A stretch of 64,000 nucleotides of DNA from Catajapyx aquilonaris (GCA_000934665.2 KZ537957.1:62001-126000); one strand, 5' to 3'; shown: positions 1 to 14,772, counted from the stretch's first letter. The notes: generated by a model from the letters alone, not told the origin. Made by a program: numbers and translations.

Positions 1-668
1 AGTACTGTTCTTTTCCCATAGATTTGACCGTGTTCACTCTTGCGATGACGTTACGGTGGCGATCGTACACCGGCCTGTTACGCCCGCCCGAGCACGTGTT
101 ACATCCCCGTCGTACGTATCGTGTGAAAATGAAGCTGGGGCTAAATGAAACGCGACCACACTTGCACTGCATCCTGGAATAAGGTTGGAGTTTGTCGGAC
201 CATCTGTGGCCATTCCGAGCCCTATAGACTATGGAAAGGGGGCTATACACACACACACAACACCCAGCACCATTCTCCATTCTGTATATTGGTGTGGACC
301 CTCGCTTCAGCTGATTTCCCTTGTAAATGCAGTCTGCTGATAATTCCGCTCATGTAATGGAATCCCTCGGTTTTACTACCACCAAATTTGACTGATGCGG
401 ATTTACACGACTTGGTTAATGACGTCTCAACTGCCAAACGGAAAAGCCTATCAACAGGGTTTTGGGATTTACAGCGGGGAGGCCTCTATCCTTAATTAAA
501 AACCTATTACCCACGCAAATCCAAGCGTCGATAAAAGTCTACTGATGTTAATGTAGTTGCAAGTTAGTCGTATACTGTGTATGGCATTTGGCGCTTCTGA
601 CGTTGTATGGGACTGGTGTCGATTTGTGACAGCTCACTAGACCCCATCGAGTCAATCAGGGTCGTGAA

Positions 669-1029
669 CATGGTCTTAGAATACTAAGGTCTGGACACTC
701 CTTCTTATCGCCTGCCGGGGCGTTTTGCATGAGGTGCTCACTTGAGAGCGCCATGATACAGCTTTTTATTGCGCTATTATGTGGCGACCCTACCAGACTA
801 CGCTGAACTTTATATGTACAAAAGGGAAGCGCTACATTGGGGGACCCAACATGGTCGCCGGTGGCCACGTTGGCTTCTCTTCTACCTTAGTTCAGCGTAG
901 TCCGGTAGGGTCGCCACATAATAGCGCAATGAAAAGCTGTCTCATGGCGCTCTCAAGTGAGCACCTCATGCAAAACGCCCCGGCAGGCGATAAGAGAGTG
1001 TGTCCAGACCTTATTATGCTAAGACCATG
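669..1029. mobile_element. MITE-like foldback element (long inverted repeat)
   Basis: 669-809 and 889-1029 are ~141-bp reverse complements with scattered mismatches around an ~80-bp spacer. The mirror ORFs 656..868(-) and 779..1060(+) share the peptide MALSSEHLMQNAPAGDK for this reason. Termini are degraded and no clear target-site duplication (TSD) is visible. Confidence 0.75.
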
Positions 1030-4000
1030 GTCGTGGACGTGCCTACAATATGTTTATTAGCCAGCCTCGCAACGGGCTATCTCACGACTACATACCCTCT
1101 CACCACGCCATCTCTTAGCAAAACTGCCAACTTCGTCGAAAGCCTGGCCACCTGAACAAAAAGGTTGTCCCATCCACCCTATGTAAAGACCACGAAATCT
1201 TGAAGACTTCTGGTAAATGGTGGTCTGAAGTTACCCGGAACTATTTTGCGGGGAAAAGTTAGTGGGCCAGAAAGCTTTCCGCAAGTAAAGCGGGGATTAG
1301 GAGCGAAAGTTCCTTCTCACTTCTTCGGTTACCTGCGAACTTATTTTGGCTGTCCAATCTCACTTTGAACTGTATAGCATAAGAAGGCTTTAGAGTTACG
1401 AGCCATGCCCTGAATGCCCAATGCCTTATTTTAGGAACGAATTTTCATGCTGTACTGGTAGAGAGAGACGAAGGAAGTTTCGAGGCATCATCAATCTTTC
1501 CCACTATTTTCATACCCTGCTAGTGTTCCAGGGTTCGCCAAATCTCAGATGGTTTTAGAAAGGGGAAGTTGGTTCGTGGAATATGCAAGGCCAAAAGACC
1601 TCATGTCCGATCATCCATGCTGCTGCACTCCTGCCGGATTCTCGGCCTCTTTTCTTTTCATGGATAAGTACTGTACATGTTCAGCACTCAAATCATACAG
1701 TGCAATACTGTACAGTTCGGATTCTAGTGCAGTACAATGCAGCCAGGATTGTGTACCTTCCAGCAGTTCTTCTGTGTAAATAAAAGGTCCAATGTCAGCT
1801 CACATTGCACTGTACTTAATTGCTTATTAAGCTCATTCAGTTGATGAAAACTATACTTGTAGCTGTAATTATAAAATCATACAAGTGTGTGTTAGACGTT
1901 TCTATAATCTACTGTACACAAGCCCAATCATATGGAGATTACTGTATCAATTCTGTGACTCAATTGTGCACAGCTTTGTGTTTTTGCTTCGTGCGAATCA
2001 AACACATTCCCAACTATCCTTCAACATTAATCGTACAATTTAAGGGCAAATTATCATTTTTAGCATACACCCATTGTGAATCATGTAGCCTACTGTAAGC
2101 ACAACCTATTCCGGCGGAAGAAATTATGTAGTTTTACACTCCACACAAGTCCAATAAATGCCAACCTAAAATATCCATGGCATTAAAATCCACTGACCTT
2201 TTCAACCATCGGGTGCACCTAATTATTCCAAAACCTCCCTATTGTAGCCACGTCCAACACATTTTATAACAGAGGAAATGGGGGCATACCCATCTAATAT
2301 ACTCCCCTGTCACTAAACGCTTTTAAAAAAATGTAAGTTACAACGGGTTAAAGCCCGTATTTCACGCCGTACTGTTTAAGTGATGCACGCCCACGTCGTC
2401 TTCCACCAAAAGTTCGTGCAAACAGTGTTACTCCCAACATTTCCAACACGCAAGAACGATCCGTTATATACCCTAACAAAAGTACGGTTATTTTTAAATG
2501 ATCGATACGGTAGATTCTGGCCCTACTCGTGTCAAACACTAATTAAAAAAATTTCATACCATCATCTTAGGGCCGGCCCAAAATGACTACCGGTGCCAGT
2601 ATCTGCCAAGCACCCAAAATAGTACAAAAATTCAAGTCACAATAAGCATCTTATACCACCAGTTTTAATACCTATGTGCAGCCTATTCAAGCACCAGCTT
2701 TTGCCAGGGAAACCGCGTCTAATCCAGTCGTTTGCATACCGGGGGAGGGGGGGGAGCTAAAACAAAATATCTTCCGCACCTCGAAAATTGTATGCAAACA
2801 AAGGGAAACAGCCGTGAGAATTGCGGCACGTTTTTGCCACATGTTTAATCCACCTTCAACTATTAATACACGCATCATGTACCTTACGCTTTTAGTTAAA
2901 GGTTCTACGCTTTAATATACGCAAGCCTTAGGCACATCCAATTAACTTACGAAAGTCCGTAAGTAACACCATTACCGTTAATTTGCATGCATTTTCCCAG
3001 CCCAATTAAAGCATCCAGAAAAATTTACGCGCCATATCTGAAGACTCCATCTGAATTTTTAATTTAATTTTTTTTGGGAGAATCAGAGGCGGGTTCTATA
3101 AAAGCTGGGTACCTCAACCAAGTTAGAGTTGCGACCGACATAACATTCGATCCGAGTCTCTAAAGTGGTCATTCCTAAGCTACAACCTAGAGCCAGAGAA
3201 CCCACTGCATTAAGGGCCGTTGCACTTTGTGTGGGGATGATATTGTCTCCTTGCTGTCATCATCAGCCGGCGCAGCCAATGACGGAAACAACCTGGGACC
3301 ATTGCCGAAATGAATTTCTGGAGGCTTCGTGTCGTTGAGGGTTATGGAAAATGATGCAGACGGAGGAAGAAAATTTCCTGGTTGTGCTCAAGCCTAATGT
3401 AACGAAGATATTAATCTTGCAAAGTATTGGCAGTGTTTTTTTTGCAGCTTTGTCGCTGATGAAATTTTGCAATCTGGGGTGGTGTCTAATTATTTGTGAA
3501 AGGTAAACAATGCTGTGGTTTTATCTGTGAAATTCAATAATGGACACAAAGCAGTGCGTTTGTAACGCAATTGGGCGGGTTCAAGTTGCTGATAAGACCT
3601 GCGCATGTACAGTGCGCTGTTCAACAAGCCTGTAACAGGCAATTATGTAATACAATTACATAATAACATGGTGGATGACTGTTAATACAACAGCTTTTGT
3701 TGTAGATAAATGTGTCAATTAACTGACATATCAATACTTGGCTGTACATGACAGCCTAAATAGTACCAACAATCGACACATACTTTTGTTATATTGCGCT
3801 AATATCGCCAAATAAATCAAAATGTGAACAAACTTGCAAAATGTCAGCACGACTGTTTTTCACACTGCCGCAAAACCCAAATAAATCACAGAAACGTCAG
3901 AGAACGAACAACTTCTGCAGACTCGCCACATCACCGCGGTATCGATCAGACTTCACAGCACGGATCGCATTTAAAACGCTGATTAGGTTTCAAACTGTTG

Positions 4001-4928
4001 TCATCCTACAGCATCAATCACAAGAAGGTTCTGCAATAACCTGATATATTGGAACCAGTCGTTAAAAAGCTTTCTCAGCCAAGAAACACGTTTCTTACAT
4101 TTTTTTTTTTCTTTCTTAACCACTCTCCACTCATGCAGAAGTTGAGAAAAATTGGGGAAAAAATTCCTTGGCAGCTTACGTGCCGATGGGGTAGCGTGAC
4201 GGTTCCTACCCCCCCCCCCCCCCTCCCAAAAAAATACGATTCTTTTGCCTGATTTGATGTCAGTGGTGCAGCAAGACGAGATCGAAAGTCGGGTGTCGAA
4301 CTTCCATAGCTCCAGATCGACCTTTTGCATATACCAGATGAAAAGGGACGTCGAAATATAATTTTTGGAAGGTACTGGCACGCATTTTATCGCATACACC
4401 ATACGATAGATATCACACACAAATGTCCGTTTCATCTATTCGCTTTGAAAGCATAGCAGTAATTTATTCGGCTCGTGCACTGCACAATGTAGCGTCGCCT
4501 GATTGAATAATGCTGGGAGACCTGAGGTGACACGTGCGGGGTCGTAAGAAGGTGAGTGAACCTTGCAGAGCTTTTAGTCTCCTCCAAATGCAACAATTTC
4601 GTCAACGATTCGAGTTCTTCTCACGCCTCTGTCTCTTTCCTCCGCAATTCTTCTCCGGAGAAAACAAACACTAATGCCCCCGTCAGCAGAAGCAGCTTCC
4701 AAAGGCCTAACGAACTTAAAGGAAGGCATTATTTTTCCCTCTGTCAGTCTTGCCGTCCTTTGTGTTTAGACTGAAATCCACGTCGGTAAACAATTTGAGA
4801 ATCAGTCATTTGATTGGAAACAATTTTCAGATGCTTTGAAGTCTGAAGTTATCAACATATGGCGCCCACGCAGACGGTTTCACATCGAAATTGTAATTTG
4901 ACATGATTTCTGTAAACTCACTACAGTA

Positions 4929-5053
4929 CACCCTATGAAAATATCCATGCGGCTATTGTGAAAATGATGATGGCTTTACAATGTGAAAAGTATGAATTTT
5001 ATATAGATTTCATACACCCATCCATAATATCAACATGGATATTTTCACTGGAG
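4929..5053. mobile_element. Small MITE-like element flanked by TA
   Basis: Left end CACCCTATGAAAATATCCATG pairs imperfectly with right end CATGGATATTTTCACTGGAG; TA on both sides (4927-28, 5054-55); 125 bp, non-coding. Confidence 0.5.
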
Positions 5054-8000
5054 TAATACACTGGAGTCCTACAGGTTTCAATATGTCCATGTCGATCCAA
5101 ACTATTGGCACCACATTTCATCAATATATCGAAACACCCTGCATAGTGCCCACGTAGCAGAACTAGAGGAAGAGGTCCCAGGGATATATGCTCTAGAAAT
5201 TGTGCGCTCTAACGTATCGGGAACATCTGCGGTCGTTTGTCAATCGAAGTCGCGGGTTTCGCCGCTCGCCAGCGATTCAATCAGTTTGGGGACAAAAAAC
5301 CAATGCGTGCGAACCAGGACAATCCGGGGTCAAACGCCCAACGGCGATGAATGGAATGTTGGCAGTACCAGGCGGGTCACATGCCAACAGAGAGAGGCTC
5401 CGGATTACAGCGGGACACCTGCAATGTGTCAGTGACGTCCCCTCTTCCACACCAATATGTCTCAGGGACGCCACCGCCAGAGGACCTCAAAGTGCTTCTT
5501 AAGGATTCGAGTCGCATGTGGTTCCTTCTTTTGGAAAATTTCCGTTCCTATACCACACGATTCGTGTGGAGCATGCTTGAGAAAGCGGCCTCTTGTGCTG
5601 GGAAGCCTTGTTTGCGAGGGACGATTTATGGGGAGCCATGATGGAAAAGGGCACCTGCGGCCTCTTCAACCGACCACTTGACCCCTCAAGCGCACGTGCT
5701 GGGATGCGTTTGGCTGGATTAATTAGCGGCCTAATCAGTTCTTTGGAAATGTGAATGAAACGACAGAAAAACAGCTCTCTGGCTCTATGTGATTAATCCT
5801 TTATTTGCCTACCTCAAAAGGGTGTAGGAACATTTTTGAGCTACCATCCCTGAGGTTTGCATGTTTGGAAATGTTTAGGGACGTCTTACCACGAATTTAC
5901 GAGTTTAAAACGAATTTAAGATGGATTTAGTATGAGCTGGGAATATACTTTACTCGGGGTTTCTGAGAATTTATTGTGGCAATTTGCAGGGATTTCTGAC
6001 GAATTTAATCATCCGGATAGGATTTAAGGATTGGATATGATGAAGAACGCACATTACTAGGTTCAAACGAGGTTATTTCCCTGTCGTGAACAGATTTTCT
6101 AGAATTTGCAAATAACTCCACACATTTTGTACTACCATATAAGTTGTTGGAACATTTCGCAATGTTCAGGTGTAGTGTCACGTCAAATGAAATCCAAATT
6201 ACTTATCGCGTTATGTCACTGAATACCCTTTGTGGTGACCTGTGCCTTGCCCAACTTTCGTTACGTTGAACTGACCTATTGCGACGCATATCACGTAACG
6301 AGGACAAGGAGGACATTACCTTCCTGCCCGTAATGAACTGGACTAATTAATAAGCGAATGCGCAGGCACGGCAACTTCGGATAACAATCGTCGACTTAGC
6401 AAAATTTCTCAAGAAATCTTGTTGACAATATTTCGCCGTAGTGTCCATTGTTTCTGGATTAATTAATGATGCTCACCCTACCAATGCAGTCCTTGAAGTA
6501 ATGAATTTTGTGTGACAGAGCAGCATATCCATTGCCCATGACAACTTATTGCAGCACGAGGTAGCAAACAGCGTTGATAATTAACGCCGCCGAGAAAATG
6601 AGTAATCACGTCATTATTCATCTCGCTTGTCAACTCAAAAAGTTTGCCTCGAGATTTTTTTTTTTTTTTTGCAAACTAAAAAGTTTTCTCCTTCCCAAAT
6701 AGCCAGTTTATCAGAGGTTCGTCTTTGAGACATCCCTTGCATACTAGAACCAAAGTTTGTTTCTCCTCACTGATGTCGTCGTTAGAGGATGTAGAGCAGT
6801 TTGTTTTGTTGTGAAAGACATGCATTGTGCAGGCTGTATCCATCCAAACTCGGAAGGCCTGAAAAAAAAGCATGGCTCTTCAATTTAAACCCCTTTGTCG
6901 AGTTGGCATCATTGAAAATGCGCAGTTCTGCGTCCGTAATGACCATCATCAATCCTGACTTGCGCCTCCCTACCGCATATCAATGGAACCAACGCAGAAT
7001 CCTGATGCCTGTCAGCAACACTTTTGTCCCACAGCACAGTCGCAATAAGGATGACATTATAATACATGACAATCCAATGTGTGCCATTTTGCTCCAATCA
7101 GGTCGTATATCTATTGTGATTCAATCCGTGATGTAACCTTTATATGCTGCGACCCTAATGGTTTACAAGCCTGGTAAATTCCAAGGTACTGCGAGAAATA
7201 CAACAAGAGCAAATTCAAGTGCAAATCAAATTTCAAACGTAACTTGTCGCAGGGTTTCAAATATCGTCGTTGTCAAACCACATTTTAGATTCCGCTTACT
7301 ATTGTCTACTACCCAATTTGGGCGACCCAAGGTATTCGCTTGAAGAGAACCTCAGGTGATAATAGAGACAAAGACTATTGGATGTTGCTAATGTCAACTC
7401 TCGACCTTTTCCCACGAGTTCTGTCGTGCGTGCGACAAACTAGAAGCCCCCAACAGCATACAAACACAAAGCTCCTTATTGATTTATTTCCGTCAAGAGG
7501 CCATCGGTGAAGGATCGTTGTTTGTAGATCATCCATGCAATTTCGCCAAAGTGGTCGGCCATCCTCTCACTCTTCTTTTTTTATATATACTATATATCCA
7601 CAGCCACCTGACCACATCTCGAAGGAGACACGTCTAGTGAACGGGCCTGCATCCCTGCTTAGTTGGGTTTTAGGACCTACTTCACCACCAGTCTTGTTGA
7701 CACTAGAGGGCAATATCATCAGTGTCGGGCGTGTTTATACTTCAGCCCTGATCATTACTTTGGTGGGTATCCTATTTACGACTAAAGACATGGATGTCAC
7801 CAACGTGGTGAATTATTTCTTAGGGCTGAAAACTTATCAAGTAACTCATAAATAATATATAACTAGTTCCACCTCCCGCCCACCAGAGGCGCTGTCTCCC
7901 CCATTGCGCAGGTGCAGAGCGGGGGCCAATCACGGTCATACAACAAAGACTTTTAATATTGTAGATGTCACATATATTCATAAGAAACAACAGAATATCC

Positions 8001-9184
8001 TCACCGATATATTCTGGAGATTTCTACACTTTTTTTTGGCCTATCACGTTACAGGAACAATAGTATAGATTAAAATAGAACATAGCCCGACAGATATTTA
8101 ATAATGCTCTATTTAAACCGGATTTCACTTAATGCGAATTTTAGAAGCGGCTTCCCTCCCATACAAAAGTGGAGCAACTGCCCCATTGTACATTATCCCT
8201 GAAACACAATGGCAGATATATCCTGTCAGATAATAAAATTCACCCAGTTGCACTCTCTAATGGCAGTAGAGGTTAATGCTGAAAACCAACCCTCAGGGGG
8301 GAATTGCAGTGGATCCTCATTTTCGAAAACAATAGTTTTGGATTTTGATGGAAATGCAAGACGCATTATTTTAGAGAGTCACTCCATCATTGTGGTGCCC
8401 ATCTGTTTTATTACAACATCAAAGCGGCCGAATAAAGCTTTTACCGACTATTACAAGTAGACCTTTATTGCATACGGTATTTGAGTAAGGGCAATTGTCA
8501 CACTTGCATATATTTTTTTTTGCTGCATAATTTCAATTGTGTGTTGGTGCAGTACGCTGCTCTTAGGTCGTGTAAACTTACAAATGGGAGTGGCAGGGTA
8601 TTAAAATTTTAATGAGTGCATGCCCTGAAAGCACCCGACCCGTTTTGCAACTGACCATAAGTTTTGTCCACGCAGCAAGATTTAGGAGTGTGCTGCCCCT
8701 GCAAATCGTTGTCTGGCACAGGACCTGCTAATAAATAACCTGTGACAGCCTCACATCTCTCCAGAGATGGAGTGATTTAAGCCATCAGCCCACGTAATGA
8801 ACGGACGTCAAGTTCTATTCGCCATGTCTGTCAATAGAGTAATCTTGCACGACCGAAACACATGGCTTAATCAACCCCACTAATTTTTTCAAAAAAAATA
8901 TTTGTAAAAATTAATATTATTTCTGACTGATTTTTCTGGCTGTGTCGCAATAACGCGCCTTTTTTTTCTTTTTCAGAAATACCAAAGGTCAATTGGCATT
9001 GGGCCTTGACAGCGGTATAGGAACCCCCATATTTTTAGATTCCTGACCACACAAGGCCCGGTTTTAGCCGCAATGGGCGTGTCATCGACATTTTACAAAC
9101 GGGAGCGCTGACATTTGGACCTAGTTTTTGGCACGCGATGAGATTGCAGTTGCTGACCTTTTACTCGGTATGGTTGTGGAAAAA

Positions 9185-9266
9185 NNNNNNNNNNNNNNNN
9201 NNNNNNNNNNNNNNNNNNNNNNNNNNNNNNNNNNNNNNNNNNNNNNNNNNNNNNNNNNNNNNNNNN
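9185..9266. other. Assembly gap (82 N)
   Basis: Run of N followed directly by a G-run. Confidence 0.98.
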
Positions 9267-12200
9267 GGGGGGGGGTGCTTGAATGGAGCATCCTCCACTT
9301 GTAGGAGTTATAAAGGAGGCACTTTTGGAAGGGGTCCGGATGTATCCATCTGGAGGTGTAATGAATGGGAGGTGTTATTAGATGGCCACATGGAGGTGTT
9401 TCCATTGTGGTGGTAATTTCGTAGGAAAATAATGGGGTGGCCATTACATCCGAAATATACGTGGATTGCAATTTTCGCTAGTTACGTGCAGTTTCGGTTG
9501 TCCTTGACACAAGCCAAATTAAAAAAGGCACTGCGGCTTATTTAAGAACAGGAATATTGCCAGGCTAAGTGCAGAATAAAAGCGTTTAATCATTGCCAGG
9601 ATATCACGGGTTTTTTGGCTCGTTACATATACACATGCACTATTTTTGCGGTGTAATTTCCCACGGAATTGACGCAATGACTTTTTGATCTCATTAGGAC
9701 ACTGCGTAGTTATTTTACCGTAAACCCCCCGACATCCGTACAAATTGTAAACACAGCTGGAATAAACTGCACTTTCACAATCTTGTGAATGCTGTTCATT
9801 AGCGGAGGAGCGTGACAGCCGCAGCATACAATGTAACCTTAACAATGGGACAATCCTGACCAACACAATGCTGAGAAACAAGCATGGAGAGTCAGCATTA
9901 GTTATGCTCGACTGAAACATTGCCAAAGAAGATTGCCACAGCAACAGTGATAACATACAATAACACTGCTTAAATTTTACAAGTAACAAATTGTTTCACT
10001 GACGTCTGGGAATTACTAGGAAATGCTCGCTGTTACTGGAGCCGGCAGATATTTTATCTTAATTGTGATGTTTCTTGTTCTATCCAGAAAAAAACTTAAG
10101 ATATCAGCCCCATTACATTACATTCTTGCTTTCTCTCTCAATTCTACTGTTTATCGTGTCTATCTAGGGACACGTGTGGTTTTCAGCTTCTGCCACCTTC
10201 ACCACCAAGTAATCACTCTGTAAATTTACCCAGTGGGAATCCTAAGTCACGCTACAAAACAAGCTTTGTGCCTTGTGGCACAAGAGATTATTATCGCATT
10301 ACCTCGAATAATATCATCCAGCATGGGGAATCTACTGATGCTACTCTCAATATGCAAGTGTGAATTTCCCATTACGTTTGTTTAGCAAAATATATACGGG
10401 GGTCCCTCGTATTGTTGTTATAACATTCCTATCTCATTTTCTCCCCATGACAGAAACGTCTGTCGGGAGCACTCTTCTAATGGAACCCGCAGGACACATC
10501 CATGTTAAGGTAAAGGAGGCCCCCATCCTTGAAGACGAGCATTAGGAATTACAGAAATGATGGCTCTTGGAAAAAGACTCCTAGGGGCTTCCTGACGTTT
10601 GCTAAATGACTCCTTTCGCGAAGAAAAGCAAAGCCGGAAAAAAATAGAGGAAAAGGAGTTGGAACTAAAGAACGAAAGAGTTAAAAAAAAGTGGCGTAGC
10701 TATAGAAAAATAGAGATCGATAGATCGACCTTTCTCATTCGTGATTGATACTTTATTCCATTGGTTCTTGCAGTAGTTTTTTATGCAGCACCCACCATTT
10801 GTGTATGATGGGTCCTCCATGTCCATTTTGGCAAGCACGAACCATAGTTTGTTTTTGTGGCTTCATATAGGAATTTTGGCAAGCACATCATTGACATTTT
10901 CCAACGTTCCTCGTTAATTGTCATGGATGCTGCCCATACGAGGCTTATTAAACATGGCCATATCCAGGTGGAGGATTATGGGTTCAAACAGCCATTACCT
11001 AAAATGCCAGCACATGCCCGAAATTTTTCCGGCCATCCAACCATTGCACTCCAGCAGGTTTACCGCTTCCCTTGTTAGCTGTTAATAAGCTCATAAATGA
11101 TATCGCTTAAAATTCCACCCAACCCTTGAACTTTTTGGGGTCCCATGTATTTTTAAAGCGTACATCTTCCACCACATTGTGGCTTGCCCCAATGGTAGGG
11201 TTCATAACTCCCTATAGAAACACGTAACTAGAAACAGTGACTAATTGCGGAGCTAAGTTGAGAGCTTGAGGCTGGCCGATCCGGAACAGTTCCAGCGTCA
11301 AAACCCCTAGGGCCAGTGAATAATCGGTATGGCCGAGCTGGTGTTTTCATCCTGGGGGCTGCATTGTCATGAAGGGCTGCAAGAGTTTGTTCCAGAGGCT
11401 GCACCTTTGCTGCCCAACTCTGTCGAGGTGGGGACAGAGGGATTGCCAAGTGTAACATAATTAGTCTCCGGGGAAATTACATTAAGCGTCCTGTAGGTAT
11501 CTGCGATTACAGTCTTTTCCGAGGTAATGCCCTCCCATGTTACCCGTTCAAAGGGCACTTCTTTTCCACCATTCCTTAAGTTAAAGGTGATGAACATATC
11601 AGTGTCAATGTTCCAACCTGCATTTAATTGCTCTTATTATGCAATTTGGTTGTGCGGTTCAAGAGGGTCAAAAACTGTGGTGCCATGGACAGGTCCATGC
11701 GGTTTTAAAACCGGAGTGCAATGTTTTTAATGTTACCGACATGTTTGCCTTTCAAAATAGTTGCAACAATACCACACAGGTGCAGTTTGCATGGTCCAAT
11801 TAATTCAAACACGACCCCGTGCGTCAACCCGTAATTATGTGTACACGGAATCAGCAGGTTGTTATTACGAGCAACAGCTGGTATTGTTTGTAGCCCCGGA
11901 TTCTTACTCCACCTCATGTAAAATATCAAAAAAATATACATGGACAGTATGAATTTTTTGCACTAATACCACTAACGACCCCTGTTTACTCCGCATCACA
12001 ACACGATATTCCACCTGAAACATCCGGTTTTATTAGCCCATAAAACCAGTTTGGTAGCTCACTAACCAAACTGTCACCATAAAAAGTTTTGAGCAATCAA
12101 CAATTTTGAGCGTCATTAGTGATGGACAATTCGCACACTGCCCCCTTCCATCCAATTATTTTTCAGATTGCATGCAATCCTCTGGAAGTCATTACAAAAC

Positions 12201-12470
12201 AGCCGGCTTTTGTGCATATATAGTTGGCGGCATTACAGTCCGGAAAACCGCAACGTAGGTTTCTTGTCGTTTGCTCCACTGCTTGTTTCCCCTAAAGGCG
12301 GAACAGATTTACTGACAGCTGCAGCTTTTGAGCCCAATGCCATCAGTTTCGTGGTTTTTAGGAGGGCCGACCCTGTAAGACATGGCCTGAGACAGCTTTG
12401 TATGATTTATTCTTCTCATATACGGCTGTATGTGCACTGTAGCGGCTGAAAACCGGTGATTGGTTGTATC

Positions 12471-12510
12471 TGGCCGCTAGATGGCGCAGATGTTGGCCGG
12501 TAGAGGGCGC
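12471..12510 (+). promoter_or_regulatory. Tandem pair of CTCF-like motifs
   Basis: TGGCCGCTAGATGGCGC (12471-12487) and TGGCCGGTAGAGGGCGC (12494-12510), same orientation, 23 bp apart; both fit the CC..YAGRKGGCGC CTCF core. Confidence 0.55.
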
Positions 12511-14772
12511 GGTGCCGTCACATGGAGGCGGCCATTGCTCCTGGTGGCTTATAACGAAAATCGCTGTATTGGTGTCCATTCTTCCGCGATTTGTAGTGCA
12601 ACATGTCACAGGGTGAGGTATAGAATCCTACACAAACAAGTTCCGGGAGTACCAAATGACTCGAGCAAGCACGACAATCACGTTCGTTTTCCGCACCGAA
12701 TGTGTCACCCGGAGAATTAGAGCTCTTCAATCGCAATAGATTACGCCTCAGTTACTTTTACCTGCTCCGTTATTAGTTTATCAGGCTTGCACTGTTTCCG
12801 CCACGTGCCGCTAATCCCAGTCGACCGTAAATCAGATGTAATCTCAACGTGCTGTCGAGGTTCGAGTAAACTTTGCATGATTCAATACCAACAATATAGA
12901 GCCTATACCCTTGAACAGTTGAAGCTTTGTATGAACATAGCAGCCTAGGGAGAAATATCCGCGCGATTTTCGAATCCCTAAATAATGCAACAATGGATCT
13001 TCCAAGCAATATTTGATTCTCAAATCCAGAGTAAGGTTCAACGACACTGTTGATATATTTCTCAGCTTAAAAAAAAATCCTTCCAGCTATTTCCCCCCCT
13101 GAAGCTTCAGATGCAAGGCTAATGCGATGCTGCGTTATTTATTAATGATCGGTTCGGCCCTTTCCCACTAATTAGTACGTGGAAGAGCATACGGGCTGTG
13201 GAAACACGAGATGGGTATATAGGCCCAAACTTTTTTTCCTGGGGGGGCGGGGGGGGGGNGAACTAAAAACAAGCTTAGGATCGGTGTTAGGGGAGCCATA
13301 ATGAATTCCAGGCAGTGAATCACCAGACGAATAGGAAATTAAAACTGGTCGACGATTCCAAATGCAAATTATCGTTTAATTGCTCGCCAGAGAACTTGTG
13401 CAACTGACCTGCATCGTTAGGATCTGAGCAGCGTCCACACCTGCGCCCATACTTTGTGGGAAATATTAATATTTATTATCATTGTTTGGGAAGAGCTCGT
13501 GAGAATGGGAGTGTGACGTAACTGTGGATGTTATGTAAGGTTTTTATTGGCAGGCTATTATTTGCGCGGAACCTATTTTTACTCTGGTGATACGTGATCT
13601 ATATTTGCATGGTTTAAGTGTACGCAGTACTGTTGTTTACCCCATTCTGATGGGACATATCACCCATATATGAACCCTCCTATAAAGTTAATTTTTAACA
13701 CACGCCCGACCAATTCTGTATGCAAATTTGTTGACTCCAGCACATCAGTTGGCGTGCAACAAACACCTGAAAAGACTGTCGAAAATTGAATCTTGTCAGT
13801 CACTACTCGCATTATCGGAGACAGAATCTGAAGACTGACTGGGTAATCATCTAAACCCGATTAAAGGAAGTCGATGTGGCGCCGAAAAAGATAACCTGCA
13901 GAGTCATTAGTGCCTAATTTTTTTGTCATGCTAATTGCCCCCTAGTGTGACAAGCATTTCAGACCTGTCGTACCAGAAATCTACGCCCTATGGGGGAATA
14001 CCTCACAAACGCTTCAATTTCGTTTCATCAAGTATGATTTCGGGCATTTACCGAATAACGAACATGCAGTCGCTTGTACAAAGAGAGTGCCGGATGATGA
14101 TGTTTAATAATAGAGCAAGCTGGACGTTTGCTTGGTAATTAAATTCGCATTAAACGAGAATGCTTATGGGGGACGTTCATTTATTCAGGAGGCATTATTT
14201 TGTCACGGGAGCGAATTCTGAGAGACAATGCACCTATAGGGATTCTTTTTGTCCATATTGACCCTGTGTCACGTACAATCACGCTATCGCCTAATTACGT
14301 CACGTTTGAGTCAACCACTCCTTTCCCCCCGACAAATGTTGAGTCCTACTTAAGACGTTCATTAAACGGCGCAAATGCACCAGTTTCTAGTCCAGTCTAG
14401 TATGTCAATCGCAATAATGATTAGATTGAGTGTGACGGAATGCATGTCCTGTCCTTGTGTCACGCTCCGTCACGCTGGCATCATCCTTCCTACTCAGCAT
14501 GACGTACTTCATGGACAAATAATTATCTATCACCTTGGTGATAAATGCCCACTTTCCCCACTTTAGTTTCGTCAGTCAGTATTGTCCTGTGTTTAAAAGT
14601 AGCCCATGATAAATCTCAAAATAGTTTTTTTTTAAACAATGTTTATGCAACTGCATTATATTGTCCCCCAAAGGAATGTATGAATGTATGTGATGCATGA
14701 ATAGCATACCAAGTGATATCAAACCGTATCAAACATTCCAGGAATAATAACCTACAGACAGTAATAGTGCTG

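Noticed and set aside
5200..5720. GC-richer ORF cluster with an HLTPQAHVL peptide faintly like a transposase motif
   Set aside because: Frames are discontinuous, with no catalytic DDE pattern or terminal repeats; cannot be supported without a homology search.
6676..7136. Possible next kinase exon (acceptor-like TTTTTTCAG near 6859)
   Set aside because: No frame gives the expected TGTFGRV or VAIK/MK kinase motifs.
13240..13260. G-runs containing single N (also ~31186, ~31891) as G-quadruplex signals
   Set aside because: Homopolymer lengths at apparent contig joins are unreliable.
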